Positions 31,201-42,239 of a stretch of DNA of 64,000 nt are shown one piece after another. The stretch comes from Alphaproteobacteria bacterium (GTDB lineage Bacteria > Pseudomonadota > Alphaproteobacteria > CALKHQ01), in assembly GCA_965227515.1 (NCBI GenBank), contig CBDDFZ010000001.1, positions 2,048,001-2,112,000 of the forward strand, given 5' to 3'. Below the pieces are notes generated by a model that saw only the letters and a program-made list of their open reading frames with translations, searched no databases and was not told the origin of the DNA. Positions within the stretch are counted from its first letter, which is position 1, and each line of letters opens with the position of its first letter. The translations under genes were made by a program, and so were the position numbers.

Positions 31201-34200
31201 GTCGCACAACATCACCGTCCGCTCGACCGACGGCACCAACTCGACCGACCAGGCGGTCACCATCAACGTCACCGATGTCAACGACACCGCGGCGACGGAT
31301 ATGGATCTGTCGGCGAACAGCATCGCCGAGGACGCGGCCGGCGGTACCGTGGTCGGTACCTTGAGCGCGACCGATGCCGATACCGGCAACGTGTTCACCT
31401 ACACGCTCACCGGCGGCGCCACCGACACCTTCGAGATCGTCGGCGACGAGCTGCGCTTGAAGACCGGCGCCAGCCTCGACTACGAGACCGCCACGTCGCA
31501 CCCGGTGACGGTGACCGTCGACGACGGCAACGGCAACACCTATCAGGAAGCGTTCACCGTCAACGTCACCGATGTCAACGACAACGCCCAGGTGTTCACC
31601 TCGGGGTCGAGCGCGTCGGCGGCCGAGAACGTCAGCGACAGCGCGGTCATCTACACCGCGACCACCACCGATGTGGACACCACCGGCGAGGCGATCACCT
31701 ACAGCCTCGTGGACGATGCCGGCGGGCTGTTCGAGATCGATGCCTCGACCGGCGAGGTCACCTTGGCCACCGGCCAGTCCCTCGACTACGAGACCGCGAC
31801 CTCGCACAACATCACCGTCCGCTCGACCGACGGCACCAACAGCACCGACCAGGCGGTCACCATCAACGTCACCGATGTCAACGACACCGCGGCGACGGAT
31901 ATGGACCTCAGCGCCAACAGCATTGCCGAGGATGCGGCCGGCGGTACCGTGGTCGGCACGCTCAGTGCGACCGATGCCGACAGCGGCAATGTGTTCACCT
32001 ACACGCTGACCGGCGGCGCCACCGACACCTTCGAGATCGTCGGCGACGAGCTGCGCCTGAAGACGGGCGCCAGCCTCGACTACGAGACCGCCACGTCTCA
32101 TCCGGTGACGGTGACCGTCGACGACGGCAACGGCAACACCTATCAGGAGGCGTTCACCGTCAACGTCACCGACGTCAACGACAACGCCCAGGTCTTCACC
32201 TCCGGCAGCTCGGCCAGCGCGGCGGAGAACGTCAGCGACAGCGCGGTGATCTACACCGCCACGACGACGGATGTGGACACCACCGGCGAGGCGATCACCT
32301 ACAGCCTGGTAGACGACGCCGGCGGCCTGTTCGAGATCGACGCCTCGACCGGTGAGGTGACCCTCGCCACCGGCCAGTCCCTCGACTACGAGACCGCGAC
32401 CTCGCACTCGATCACCGTCCGCTCGACCGACGGCACCAACTCGACCGACCAGGCGGTCACCATCAACGTCACCGATGTCAACGACACCGCGGCGACGGAT
32501 ATGGATCTGTCGGCGAACAGCATCGCCGAGGACGCGGCCGGCGGTACCGTGGTCGGTACCTTGAGCGCGACCGATGCCGATACCGGCAACGTGTTCACCT
32601 ACACGCTCACCGGCGGCGCCACCGACACCTTCGAGATCGTCGGCGACGAGTTGCGCCTGAAGACCGGTGCGTCATTGGATTATGAGACCGCCACGTCTCA
32701 TCCGGTGACGGTGACCGTCGACGACGGCAACGGCAACACCTATCAGGAAGCGTTCACCGTCAACGTCACCGACGTCAACGACAACGCCCAGGTGTTTACA
32801 TCCGGCAGTTCGGCCAGCGCGGCGGAGAACGTCAGCGACAGCGCGGTCATCTACACCGCGACCACGACGGACGTGGACACCACCGGCGAGGCGATCACCT
32901 ACAGCCTCGTCGACGACGCCGGCGGGCTGTTCGAGATCGACGCCTCTACCGGTGAGGTGACCCTCGCCACCGGCCAGTCGCTCGACTACGAGACCGCGAC
33001 CTCGCACAACATCACCGTCCGCTCGACCGACGGCACCAACTCGACCGACCAGGCGGTCACCATCAACGTCACCGATGTCAACGACACCGCGGCGACGGAT
33101 ATGGACCTGTCGGCGAACAGCATCGCCGAGGACGCGGCGGGCGGTACCGTGGTCGGTACGCTCAGTGCGACCGACGCCGACACCGGCAATGTGTTCACCT
33201 ACACGCTGACCGGCGGCGCCACCGACACCTTCGAGATCGTCGGCGACGAGCTGCGCCTGAAGACCGGCGCCAGCCTCGACTACGAGACCGCGACCTCGCA
33301 CCCGGTGACGGTGACCGTCGACGACGGCAACGGCAACACCTATCAGGAAGCGTTCACCGTCAACGTCACCGATGTCAACGACAACGCCCAGGTGTTTACA
33401 TCAGGCAGCTCGGCCAGAGCGGCTGAGAACGTCAGCGACAGCGCGGTGATCTACACCGCGACCACGACGGACGTGGACACCACCGGCGAGGCGATCACCT
33501 ACAGCCTGGTCGACGACGCCGGTGGGCTGTTCGAGATCGACGCCTCCACCGGTGAGGTGACCCTCGCCACCGGCCAGTCGCTGGACTACGAGACCGCGAC
33601 CTCGCACTCGATCACCGTCCGCTCCACCGACGGCACCAACTCGACCGACCAGGCGGTCACCATCAACGTCACCGATGTCAACGACACCGCGGCGACGGAT
33701 ATGGACCTCAGCGCCAACAGCATCGCCGAGGATGCGGCCGGCGGAACTGTCGTGGGCACGCTCTCCGCGACCGACGCCGACAGCGGCAACGTGTTCACCT
33801 ACACGCTGACCGGCGGGGCCACCGACACCTTCGAGATCGTCGGCGACGAGCTCAGGCTGAAGACCGGTGCCAGCCTCGACTACGAGACCGCCACGTCCCA
33901 TCCGGTGACGGTGACCGTCGACGACGGCAACGGCAACACCTACCAGGAGGCGTTCACCGTCAACGTCACCGACGTCAACGACAACGCCCAGGTGTTTACA
34001 TCGGGGTCGAGCGCGTCGGCGGCCGAGAACGTGAGTGACTCGGCGGTCATCTACACCGCGACCACGACGGACGTCGACACCACGGGTGAGGCGATCACCT
34101 ATTCGCTGTGGATGACGCAGGCGGGCTGTTCGAGATCGATGCCTCCACCGGCGAGGTCACGCTGGCCACCGGCCAGTCGCTCGACTACGAGACCGCGACC

Positions 34201-37200
34201 TCGCACTCGATCACCGTCCGCTCGACCGACGGCACCAACTCGACCGACCAGGCGGTCACCATCAACGTCACCGATGTCAACGACACCGCGGCGACGGATA
34301 TGGATCTGTCGGCGAACAGCATCGCCGAGGACGCGGCCGGCGGTACCGTGGTCGGTACCTTGAGCGCGACCGATGCCGATACCGGCAACGTGTTCACCTA
34401 CACGCTCACCGGCGGCGCCACCGACACCTTCGAGATCGTCGGCGACGAGCTGCGCCTGAAGACCGGCGCCAGCCTCGACTACGAGACCGCGACCTCGCAC
34501 CCGGTGACGGTGACCGTCGATGACGGCAACGGCAACACCTACCAGGAGGCGTTCACCGTCAACGTCACCGACGTCAACGACAACGCCCAGGTGTTCACCT
34601 CGGGGTCGAGCGCGTCGGCGGCCGAGAGTGTCGCGGACACTGCGGTTCTGTATACGGCTACGACCACCGATGTGGACACCACCGGCGAGGCGATCACCTA
34701 CAGCCTGGTCGACGATGCCGGCGGGCTGTTCGAGATCGATGCCTCGACCGGCGAGGTCACCTTGGCCACCGGCCAGTCCCTCGACTACGAGACCGCGACC
34801 TCGCACAACATCACCGTCCGCTCGACCGACGGCACCAACAGCACCGACCAGGCGGTCACCATCAACGTCACCGATGTCAACGACACCGCGGCGACGGATA
34901 TGGACCTCAGCGCCAACAGCATTGCCGAGGATGCGGCCGGCGGTACCGTGGTCGGCACGCTCAGTGCGACCGACGCCGACAGCGGCAACGTGTTCACCTA
35001 CACGCTGACCGGCGGCGCCACCGACACCTTCGAGATCGTCGGCGACGAGTTGCGCCTGAAGACCGGCGCGTCATTGGATTATGAGACCGCGACCTCGCAC
35101 CCGGTGACGGTGACCGTCGACGACGGCAACGGCAACACCTACCAGGAGGCGTTCACCGTCAACGTCACCGATGTCAACGACAACGCCCAGGTGTTTACAT
35201 CGGGGTCGAGCGCGTCGGCGGCCGAGAACGTGAGTGACTCGGCGGTCATCTACACCGCGACCACGACGGACGTCGACACCACGGGTGAGGCGATCACCTA
35301 TTCGCTGGTGGATGACGCAGGCGGGCTGTTCGAGATCGATGCCTCCACCGGCGAGGTCACGCTGGCCACCGGCCAGTCGCTCGACTACGAGACCGCGACC
35401 TCGCACTCGATCACCGTCCGCTCGACCGACGGCACCAACTCGACCGACCAGGCGGTCACCATCAACGTCACCGATGTCAACGACACCGCGGCGACGGATA
35501 TGGATCTGTCGGCGAACAGCATCGCCGAGGACGCGGCCGGCGGTACCGTGGTCGGTACCTTGAGCGCGACCGATGCCGACAGCGGCAATGTGTTCACCTA
35601 CACGCTCACCGGCGGGGCCACCGACACCTTCGAGATCGTCGGCGACGAGCTGCGCCTGAAGACCGGCGCGTCATTGGATTATGAGACGGCGACCTCGCAC
35701 CCGGTGACGGTGACCGTCGACGACGGCAACGGCAACACCTATCAGGAAGCGTTCACCGTCAACGTCACCGATGTCAACGACAACGCCCAGGTGTTTACAT
35801 CCGGCAGTTCGGCCAGCGCGGCGGAGAACGTCAGCGACAGCGCGGTCATCTACACCGCGACCACGACGGATGTGGACACCACCGGCGAGGCGATCACCTA
35901 CAGCCTCGTCGACGACGCCGGCGGGCTGTTCGAGATCGATGCCTCGACGGGTGAGGTGACCCTCGCCACCGGCCAGTCGCTCGACTACGAGACGGCCACC
36001 TCGCACAACATCACCGTCCGCTCGACCGACGGCACCAACTCGACCGACCAGGCGGTCACCATCAACGTCACCGATGCGAATGACGCGCCGTCAGATCTCG
36101 CGCTGACTGAGACCGGTGGCATTGCGCTCAATACCGACGGCGGCAACAACGCCTATCTCTACGCGACCGATAGTGGCGACCTACTCGGCGGGCTCACCGA
36201 GGCCACGGTAGAAGTCGCATTTCAGTCGAACAACGCGTCCAACAGCACGTTCATCCCCCTGTTTTCCTACCACGCAGGTGGCTCCAGCGACGAATTCACT
36301 GTCGTGATCGACACGGACGATCAGCGATTTGATATCGAGGTCGGCGAACAGACGATCTACGCCACGGGCTACGATCCGAACGTATTGCTCGATGGAAAGG
36401 AGCACCAAGTCTCCTTCACCTGGGACAACACGTCAGGCGACTGGGCGATCTACGTCGACGGTACTTCGGTTCTCAATGGCACCGGCTTGGCGACTGGGCA
36501 CACCATTGCAAGTGGCGGTACCATCGTTCTGGGACAGGAGCAGGACAGCAACGCTGGCAGTTTCGACACCACGCAGGTGTTCGACGGCACGATATACGAC
36601 GTGCGTATCTTCAACGACGCGCGGACGGCGCAGGAAATCAGCGACAATGCGTTCGGGCAGGTCGATGCAAGCGAGAGCGGGCTGGTAGCCGACTGGCGGA
36701 TGGACGATCTGTCCGGCGGCGTCACAACGGATGCCGTTTCCGGCCATAACCTTTCTGTCGGCAACGTGACCGGCACAGGCTGGGTGGCGAGCACGCCGAG
36801 CCTGGTAACCGGTCTGATCGAAGGTGCGGCCAACGGCCATCTGGTCGGCCAAGTATCGGCCAGCGACCAGGATGCGGGCGAGACCTTCACCTACAGCCTG
36901 GTCGATGACGCCGATGGCCTGTTCGCCATCGATGCGACAACCGGCGAGATCACGATCGCCGACAACTCGCGGGTCGACTACGACCAGGAGCAGAGCCATC
37001 AATTCACGGTTCAAGTCACCGACAGCGGCGGTGCCAGTTACCAGGAAACCTATTCGCTGTCAGTGCAGGACGACGGCGCCGAGAGTACATCGGACTCGTA
37101 CGAGGCCGCGGTGATGGGCCATGATCCAGTGGCCTATCTGCGGCTGGATGCGGCGGCCGACGGTGTGGTGGCTGACGGCGGGGGCTACGGCGACACCGCC

Positions 37201-38388
37201 GCCGACGAGACCGGCAACCACAACGGCACCTACAATGGCGGCACCGACCCAGAGAGCGACGGCCCCTTCAACAACATCTCGACCGGGTCGACCGAATTCG
37301 ACGGCGACAACGAGTATGTGCAGATTGCCCACTCGTCCGATTTTGAACTATCGAGTGGAACAATCCAGCTGTGGTTCAACTCGGACGATGTCGGCAGCCA
37401 GAAAAAACAACTAGTTCACAAAGAAGGTGTGGATGATCTTCAAATCTTCATTGAGAACGGAAAAATTACGGCAGGATTTGGTGGCGATAAAGTAGAGTAT
37501 ACGGGTGTAACCGCTGGCTCATGGTATCACATGTCATTTTCGTGGGGAGCAAGCGGACTGCAGTTGTACATAGATGGCGACTTGAAAGACACCAAATCTA
37601 GCTCAAAAAACCTCGCCGACACCGATGAGGATCTGTTCATCGGAATGAAATCTACTGGCAATGAATACTTCGACGGCAGCATTGCCGAGTTTGCGGTATT
37701 CGAAAGTCAGCTGTCTGAGGCCGAAATCGATGCCATCATAGATGCCGGGGTCAACGGCTATGAGGTCGGCACGGGTACCGCCGGCAACGATGTCCTGACC
37801 GGCGGCGGCGCGGATGAGCAGTTCTACGGCGAGGCCGGTGACGATTCGGTCGCCGCCGGCGCGGGTGTCGATACCGTTTATGCCGGCGAGGGCGACGACA
37901 GCGTCGCCGGCGATGCGGGCGACGACACCGTCTATGGCGGTGATGGTGCCGACACCATTTCCGGTGGCGACGGCAACGACCTGCTGCACGGCGGGGCCGG
38001 CAATGACACGATCACCGGCGACGCAGGAAACGACATCATCCATGGCGGTTCCGGCGATGACGCGATGTGGGGCGGTCTTGGCAACGACACCCTGATCGGC
38101 GGTACGGGCGACGACACGCTCTACGGCGAGGCCGGCGACGACCTGTTCATCATGGAGGCCGGCGGCGGCAACGACGTGGTGACGGGCGGCACCGGCACCA
38201 ACTGGATCGAGGTGCAGGACGTTGCGCAGGCGCCGAACACCGGCGACTGGACCTACACCCTGACCAACGGGTCCGTCACCAACACCGGTGGCGACTACGT
38301 CGAGTTCACGGCGGGAGCCGATGGCTATGTCGAGCTGACCGACGGCACGACGATGACGTTCACCGACATCGACCGCATCGAGTGGTAG
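25202..38388 (+). CDS. giant cadherin-repeat RTX adhesin (probable T1SS substrate), ~4395 aa if a 1-nt deletion near 34108 is corrected
   Basis: Track ORFs 25202-34363 and 34108-38388. Cadherin motifs LDYE / TDVND / DAD; then LamG/pentraxin-like, cadherin, second LamG-like, GGxGxD repeats and C-terminal FTDIDRIEW. No Sec signal. Start uncertain. Confidence 0.88.
25901..36075 (+). repeat. 17 tandem 600-bp units, each encoding two cadherin-like domains (200 aa)
   Basis: ATGGA(C/T)CT unit starts at 25901, 26501 ... 33701, then 34300, 34900 and 35500 (1-nt shift after the deletion). Confidence 0.95.
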
Positions 38389-38401
38389 CCGGGTAGGTCG
38401 G

Positions 38402-39592
38402 CTACGGGGCCGGCGCGAACACGTCCTGCGGATGCGCCACGCCCTTCAGCGCGAAGCTGCCGACGTGGCGCATGGGCAGGGTGCAGGTGGCGGCGAAGTC
38501 GGCCGAAACCAGCAGGGCCTCGCCTGTTGCGGCGCACAGGCCCTCCACCCGCGCGGCCAGGTTCACCGCCGGGCCGATAACCGTGAAGTCGAGCCGGGTC
38601 TCCGAGCCGATGTTGCCGTACATCGCATCGCCGATATGCAGCCCGATGCCATAGTCGATTTCTGCCAGCCCGCGGGCACGCCGGGTCGCGTTCACCTTGC
38701 CGAGTTCGCTGGCGGCCAGTTCGGCGGCAGCCAGGGCACGGGCGCACGTCTGCGCGGCGGCGGCCGGTTCCCGGATCGGAAAGATCGCCAGCATCGCGTC
38801 GCCGATGAACTTCAACACTTCGCCGCCATGGCGCTCCACCGCCGAACACATGACGCCGAAATAGTCGTTCAGCAGGGCGAGCAGCGCGTCGCGATCCAGG
38901 GCCTCGTTCAGCGCCGTGAAGCCGCGCAGGTCGCAGATCCAGATCGCGGCGTTGATGGTCTCGCCCATCCCCCGGCGCACCGCACCGGCCAGGACCCGCG
39001 CGCCGGCGTCGGGGCCGACATAAGTGCGCAGCAGCGTTGCGGCGGTGCGCTGCAGCGTCTGCACCTCCAGCACCATCGCCATCGCCGGCATGATCGATTC
39101 CAGCGCGGCCAGGTCATCATCGTCGAACCCACCCGGCGACCTGGTGGCGAAGGTCACGACCTTGATAGTGCCGTCGGAGAAGGGCGCCCCCAATGCCACG
39201 TAGTCCGACAGGCCCATCGCGCGCAGGTCCGCCAGCACGGCAAACTCGCCGGGCTGCGGCGGCGCGGTCAGGCGACAGCGCACAGGCCCTTTGCCCTGGT
39301 AGACCAGATTCGGCGGGCTCTCCGTGAAGCTTCTCAGGTCCCGTTCCTCGGCAAAGTACGACCGGGTGACGAAGGGCGCGTCGCGTCGCCACTCGCCGCT
39401 CGACGATGCGACCTGTGGGTGGAGGATCGGGATGCCGGTGGTGATCCGGTCGACGACGATGCCTGTTGCCTGCAATCGGTCGCCCAGACCGCGCAACAGG
39501 GCCTCGGTGTCCAAGGCACGGGTCTCGCTGCGCATCAGCCAATCGACAAGCGGTGCGCTGCGCCGGTATCCCGTTCCGCCAGTATTGGGCAT
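38402..39592 (-). CDS. soluble class III adenylate/guanylate cyclase with a GAF-like N-terminus
   Basis: ICDLRGFT, LKFIGDAMLAIF, GIGLHIG, GNIGSETRLDFTVIGPAVNLAARVE. Confidence 0.9.
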   Translation of the reverse strand: MPNTGGTGYRRSAPLVDWLMRSETRALDTEALLRGLGDRLQATGIVVDRITTGIPILHPQVASSSGEWRRDAPFVTRSYFAEERDLRSFTESPPNLVYQGKGPVRCRLTAPPQPGEFAVLADLRAMGLSDYVALGAPFSDGTIKVVTFATRSPGGFDDDDLAALESIMPAMAMVLEVQTLQRTAATLLRTYVGPDAGARVLAGAVRRGMGETINAAIWICDLRGFTALNEALDRDALLALLNDYFGVMCSAVERHGGEVLKFIGDAMLAIFPIREPAAAAQTCARALAAAELAASELGKVNATRRARGLAEIDYGIGLHIGDAMYGNIGSETRLDFTVIGPAVNLAARVEGLCAATGEALLVSADFAATCTLPMRHVGSFALKGVAHPQDVFAPAP

Positions 39593-39790
39593 CGCTGGTT
39601 GCCGCTGTCAGAGGATCGCAAGGGTCATGTTGGCGGTATCGGGTGCTTCCGGCAATGGCGCGCTTTCGCCAGCTTGCCGAATTGGCGCGCAGGACTTATC
39701 TCATGTTAAGGACGCGGATTCGTTCGTGGGGGGCGTTGAGGCGGCCTCGCAATGGGGTCGCGGTCCTGCATACCTGAGCCGAGGGCACTG

Positions 39791-40384
39791 ATGAGCCATG
39801 GCCGCACGATAATCGAGGAGCTGGACCGGCTGGGCCGGATCACGCGCGCCGTGCAATTCTGCGGCGGCCTCAATCCGGCACAGTGGGAGGCGTTGCGTTT
39901 CCTGGCGCGGGCCAACAAGTACTCGCGGACCGCCGGCGCATTGGCCGATTTCCTGGGTGCTACCAAGGGCACCGTTTCGCAAACCGTCTCCGCGCTGGAA
40001 GAAAAAGGCCTGATTGCGCGTGTACGCAGCAAGGTCGACCGACGGATCGTCGAGTTGCACCTGTCCGATGCCGGCGCCGAACTGATCGCCAACGACCCGC
40101 TGCTGCCGCTCGTGAAGCTGGCGGAAAGCCTGCCCGCCGCGATGTGCGACGAACTTCGCCGCATGCTGCTGGATCTCTCGACCGCCATCCAGGCGCAGCA
40201 GCATATGAAATGCTTCGGTGTGTGCTGGCAGTGCCAGCGGTTCGTCCCCATCGAGCCAAGCGACGGTGCGACGCCAAGTTGCGGCCTAACCGGCGAGTCG
40301 ATGTCGGACGCGGAGACACGCAAGATCTGCATCAACTATCTGGATGAGGACCGCGGCGCGGCCCCCAAGACGACCCAGGCTTGA
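39791..40384 (+). CDS. MarR-family regulator with a Cys-rich C-terminal tail
   Basis: GLNPAQWEALRFL, TKGTVSQTVSALEEKGLI, DRR; tail CFGVCWQC...C...C. Confidence 0.85.
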   Translation: MSHGRTIIEELDRLGRITRAVQFCGGLNPAQWEALRFLARANKYSRTAGALADFLGATKGTVSQTVSALEEKGLIARVRSKVDRRIVELHLSDAGAELIANDPLLPLVKLAESLPAAMCDELRRMLLDLSTAIQAQQHMKCFGVCWQCQRFVPIEPSDGATPSCGLTGESMSDAETRKICINYLDEDRGAAPKTTQA

Positions 40385-40448
40385 GCTGGCGCCCACAGGC
40401 TTGCGGTGCGTGCTTGACGGCGATGTGGCCGGCTGGCATGCCCTGGCC

Positions 40449-41255
40449 ATGAGCGACGATCCGCCCGACACGCTGTACTCCCCGTTCCCGTGCGCCCCGT
40501 GTGCGCCGGCCGATCCGATTCCGCTGCCGCGCCCTGAATGGGCCTATTTCCTCGACTTCGACGGCACGCTGGTGGAACTGGCGCCGACGCCCGAGGGCGT
40601 GACGGTGACGCCGGCGTTGCGCGCTCTCCTCGACGGGCTCACCCAGGCAACGAACGGGGCCGTTGCCGTGGTCAGCGGGCGGGCGATTGCCGACGTGGAC
40701 AAGTTCCTGGCACCGCTGCGCATGCCGGCAGCCGGCCTGCACGGCGTCGAGTTCCGGGTTCACGGCGCGGTCGAGGACATCGCGTCGGCCATTACGACCG
40801 GTGTCGAACAGGCGTTGGACCGGGTGCGTCGTTGTCTTGCCGACCTCGCCGCGGCGGAGCCGGGCATCCGCCTGGAAGACAAGGGCGGTGCCATCGCCGT
40901 GCATTACCGCGCCGTGCCTGCGGCGGCCGAGCGTGTGCGCGAGACGGTCGAGGCAGCGGTCGACGGCACGCCCGACCTGCACATCCAGCACGGCAAGAAG
41001 GTGTTCGAGATCAAGCCGTCCGACACCCACAAGGGCGAGGCGGTGGAGCGCTTTCTCCGCGAGCAACCGTTTGCCGGCCGGCGACCGGTCTTTGTCGGCG
41101 ACGACACCACCGACGAGGACGGCTTCGCCGCGGTGAACGCGCACGGCGGGCTTTCGGTCAAGGTCGGCGAGGCGGGGGAGACCTTGGCGGGCGCGACCTT
41201 GCCGGACGTCGCGGCCGTTCACCGCTGGCTGGCGTCGATGTTGCAGCCGGGCTAG
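40449..41255 (+). CDS. otsB: trehalose-6-phosphate phosphatase
   Basis: FLDFDGTL, VVSGR, GLHG, EDKG..IAVHYR, EIKP, GDDTTDEDGF. Confidence 0.92.
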   Translation: MSDDPPDTLYSPFPCAPCAPADPIPLPRPEWAYFLDFDGTLVELAPTPEGVTVTPALRALLDGLTQATNGAVAVVSGRAIADVDKFLAPLRMPAAGLHGVEFRVHGAVEDIASAITTGVEQALDRVRRCLADLAAAEPGIRLEDKGGAIAVHYRAVPAAAERVRETVEAAVDGTPDLHIQHGKKVFEIKPSDTHKGEAVERFLREQPFAGRRPVFVGDDTTDEDGFAAVNAHGGLSVKVGEAGETLAGATLPDVAAVHRWLASMLQPG

Positions 41256-41297
41256 TCTGACCCCAAACAACAGCCTGCAATTTGGGGAGGGATCGGC

Positions 41298-42089
41298 GTG
41301 ATCTCGGCAGCGCAGCGCGAGTTCTGGGATGAGAACGGCTACCTGATTGTCGAGGGTGTGCTCTCGCAACCCCGCCTGGAAGCGGTGCGCGCGGCGCTGG
41401 AGGCGCGGTTCGCCGAAGAAGGCGACGCGGCCGGCAGCGAGGGCTCGGACAATCCTGGCGTTCGCCGCCTGTGCAACCTGTTCTCCAAGGGCCAGGTGTT
41501 CGAGGAGCTGGGCACCGAGCCGATCGCGCTTGAGATGGCCCACATGGTCATTGGCGACGACATTCGCTGGCAGGCGATGAATTTCCACGACCCGCTGCCG
41601 CACGATCCGCGCTGCCACCAGACCATCCACGCCGACCGGGCCTTCTTCCCGATGGCGGCGGCCTACCTGAACGTGATCTGGGTGCTGGACGACATGACCG
41701 CCGAGAACGGCGCCACCCGCCTGGTGCCCGGCTCCCACAAGCGACCATGGCCGCTGGACCTGGACGACCCGAAGGCGCCGGTGCCCGGCGAGATTTTCGC
41801 CGAATGTCCCGCCGGATCGGTGGTCTTCGTCCATGGCGACACATGGCATGGCGGCCGCGCAAACTACACTGACAGCCTGCGCCGGGCGATCCACATGGGC
41901 TTCGCCTGCCCGGCAACGCCGCCGCAATACGAGCTCGGCGGCGCGATCAGCGACGAGACCCGCAACAGGCTCGGCGCGCACGCCGCGCTGATCCCGAAGA
42001 CGCTGGCCGAGTTCGGTCTGGAGCAGACCACGCAGGGCCACAGCATCGACAGCATTCTGGTCGTCAAAGGGGCATTCGCCCGCCACTGA
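41298..42089 (+). CDS. PhyH-family Fe(II)/2-oxoglutarate dioxygenase
   Basis: ENGYLIV, HAD (HxD), ENGATRLVPGSH, TWHGG, RRAI. Confidence 0.85.
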   Translation: MISAAQREFWDENGYLIVEGVLSQPRLEAVRAALEARFAEEGDAAGSEGSDNPGVRRLCNLFSKGQVFEELGTEPIALEMAHMVIGDDIRWQAMNFHDPLPHDPRCHQTIHADRAFFPMAAAYLNVIWVLDDMTAENGATRLVPGSHKRPWPLDLDDPKAPVPGEIFAECPAGSVVFVHGDTWHGGRANYTDSLRRAIHMGFACPATPPQYELGGAISDETRNRLGAHAALIPKTLAEFGLEQTTQGHSIDSILVVKGAFARH

Positions 42090-42239
42090 GGTTTCTCGCC
42101 GCGGGACGCGCGGGAACCAATCAACATCTACAGGGTTGAAGATACGGGGCCGTCGCTTCGCCCCGGGCATCGGCTCAGCCGGTGCCCGCCGGCGGGCACG
42201 CGACGATCGGACGTCTGTCCATTTCAAGTAGAGGACCAA

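Noticed and set aside
34100-34115. Slipped-strand phase-variation tract at the frameshift
   Set aside because: Only a GG dinucleotide; no homopolymer or microsatellite.
26386-35597. Recurrent 70-aa minus-strand ORFs (MNTLP...)
   Set aside because: Antisense by-products of the repeat unit.
25901-36075. CRISPR array or diversity-generating retroelement
   Set aside because: The repeats are 600-bp in-frame coding units with no unique spacers; no cas or reverse transcriptase genes; variation is synonymous and not adenine-specific.
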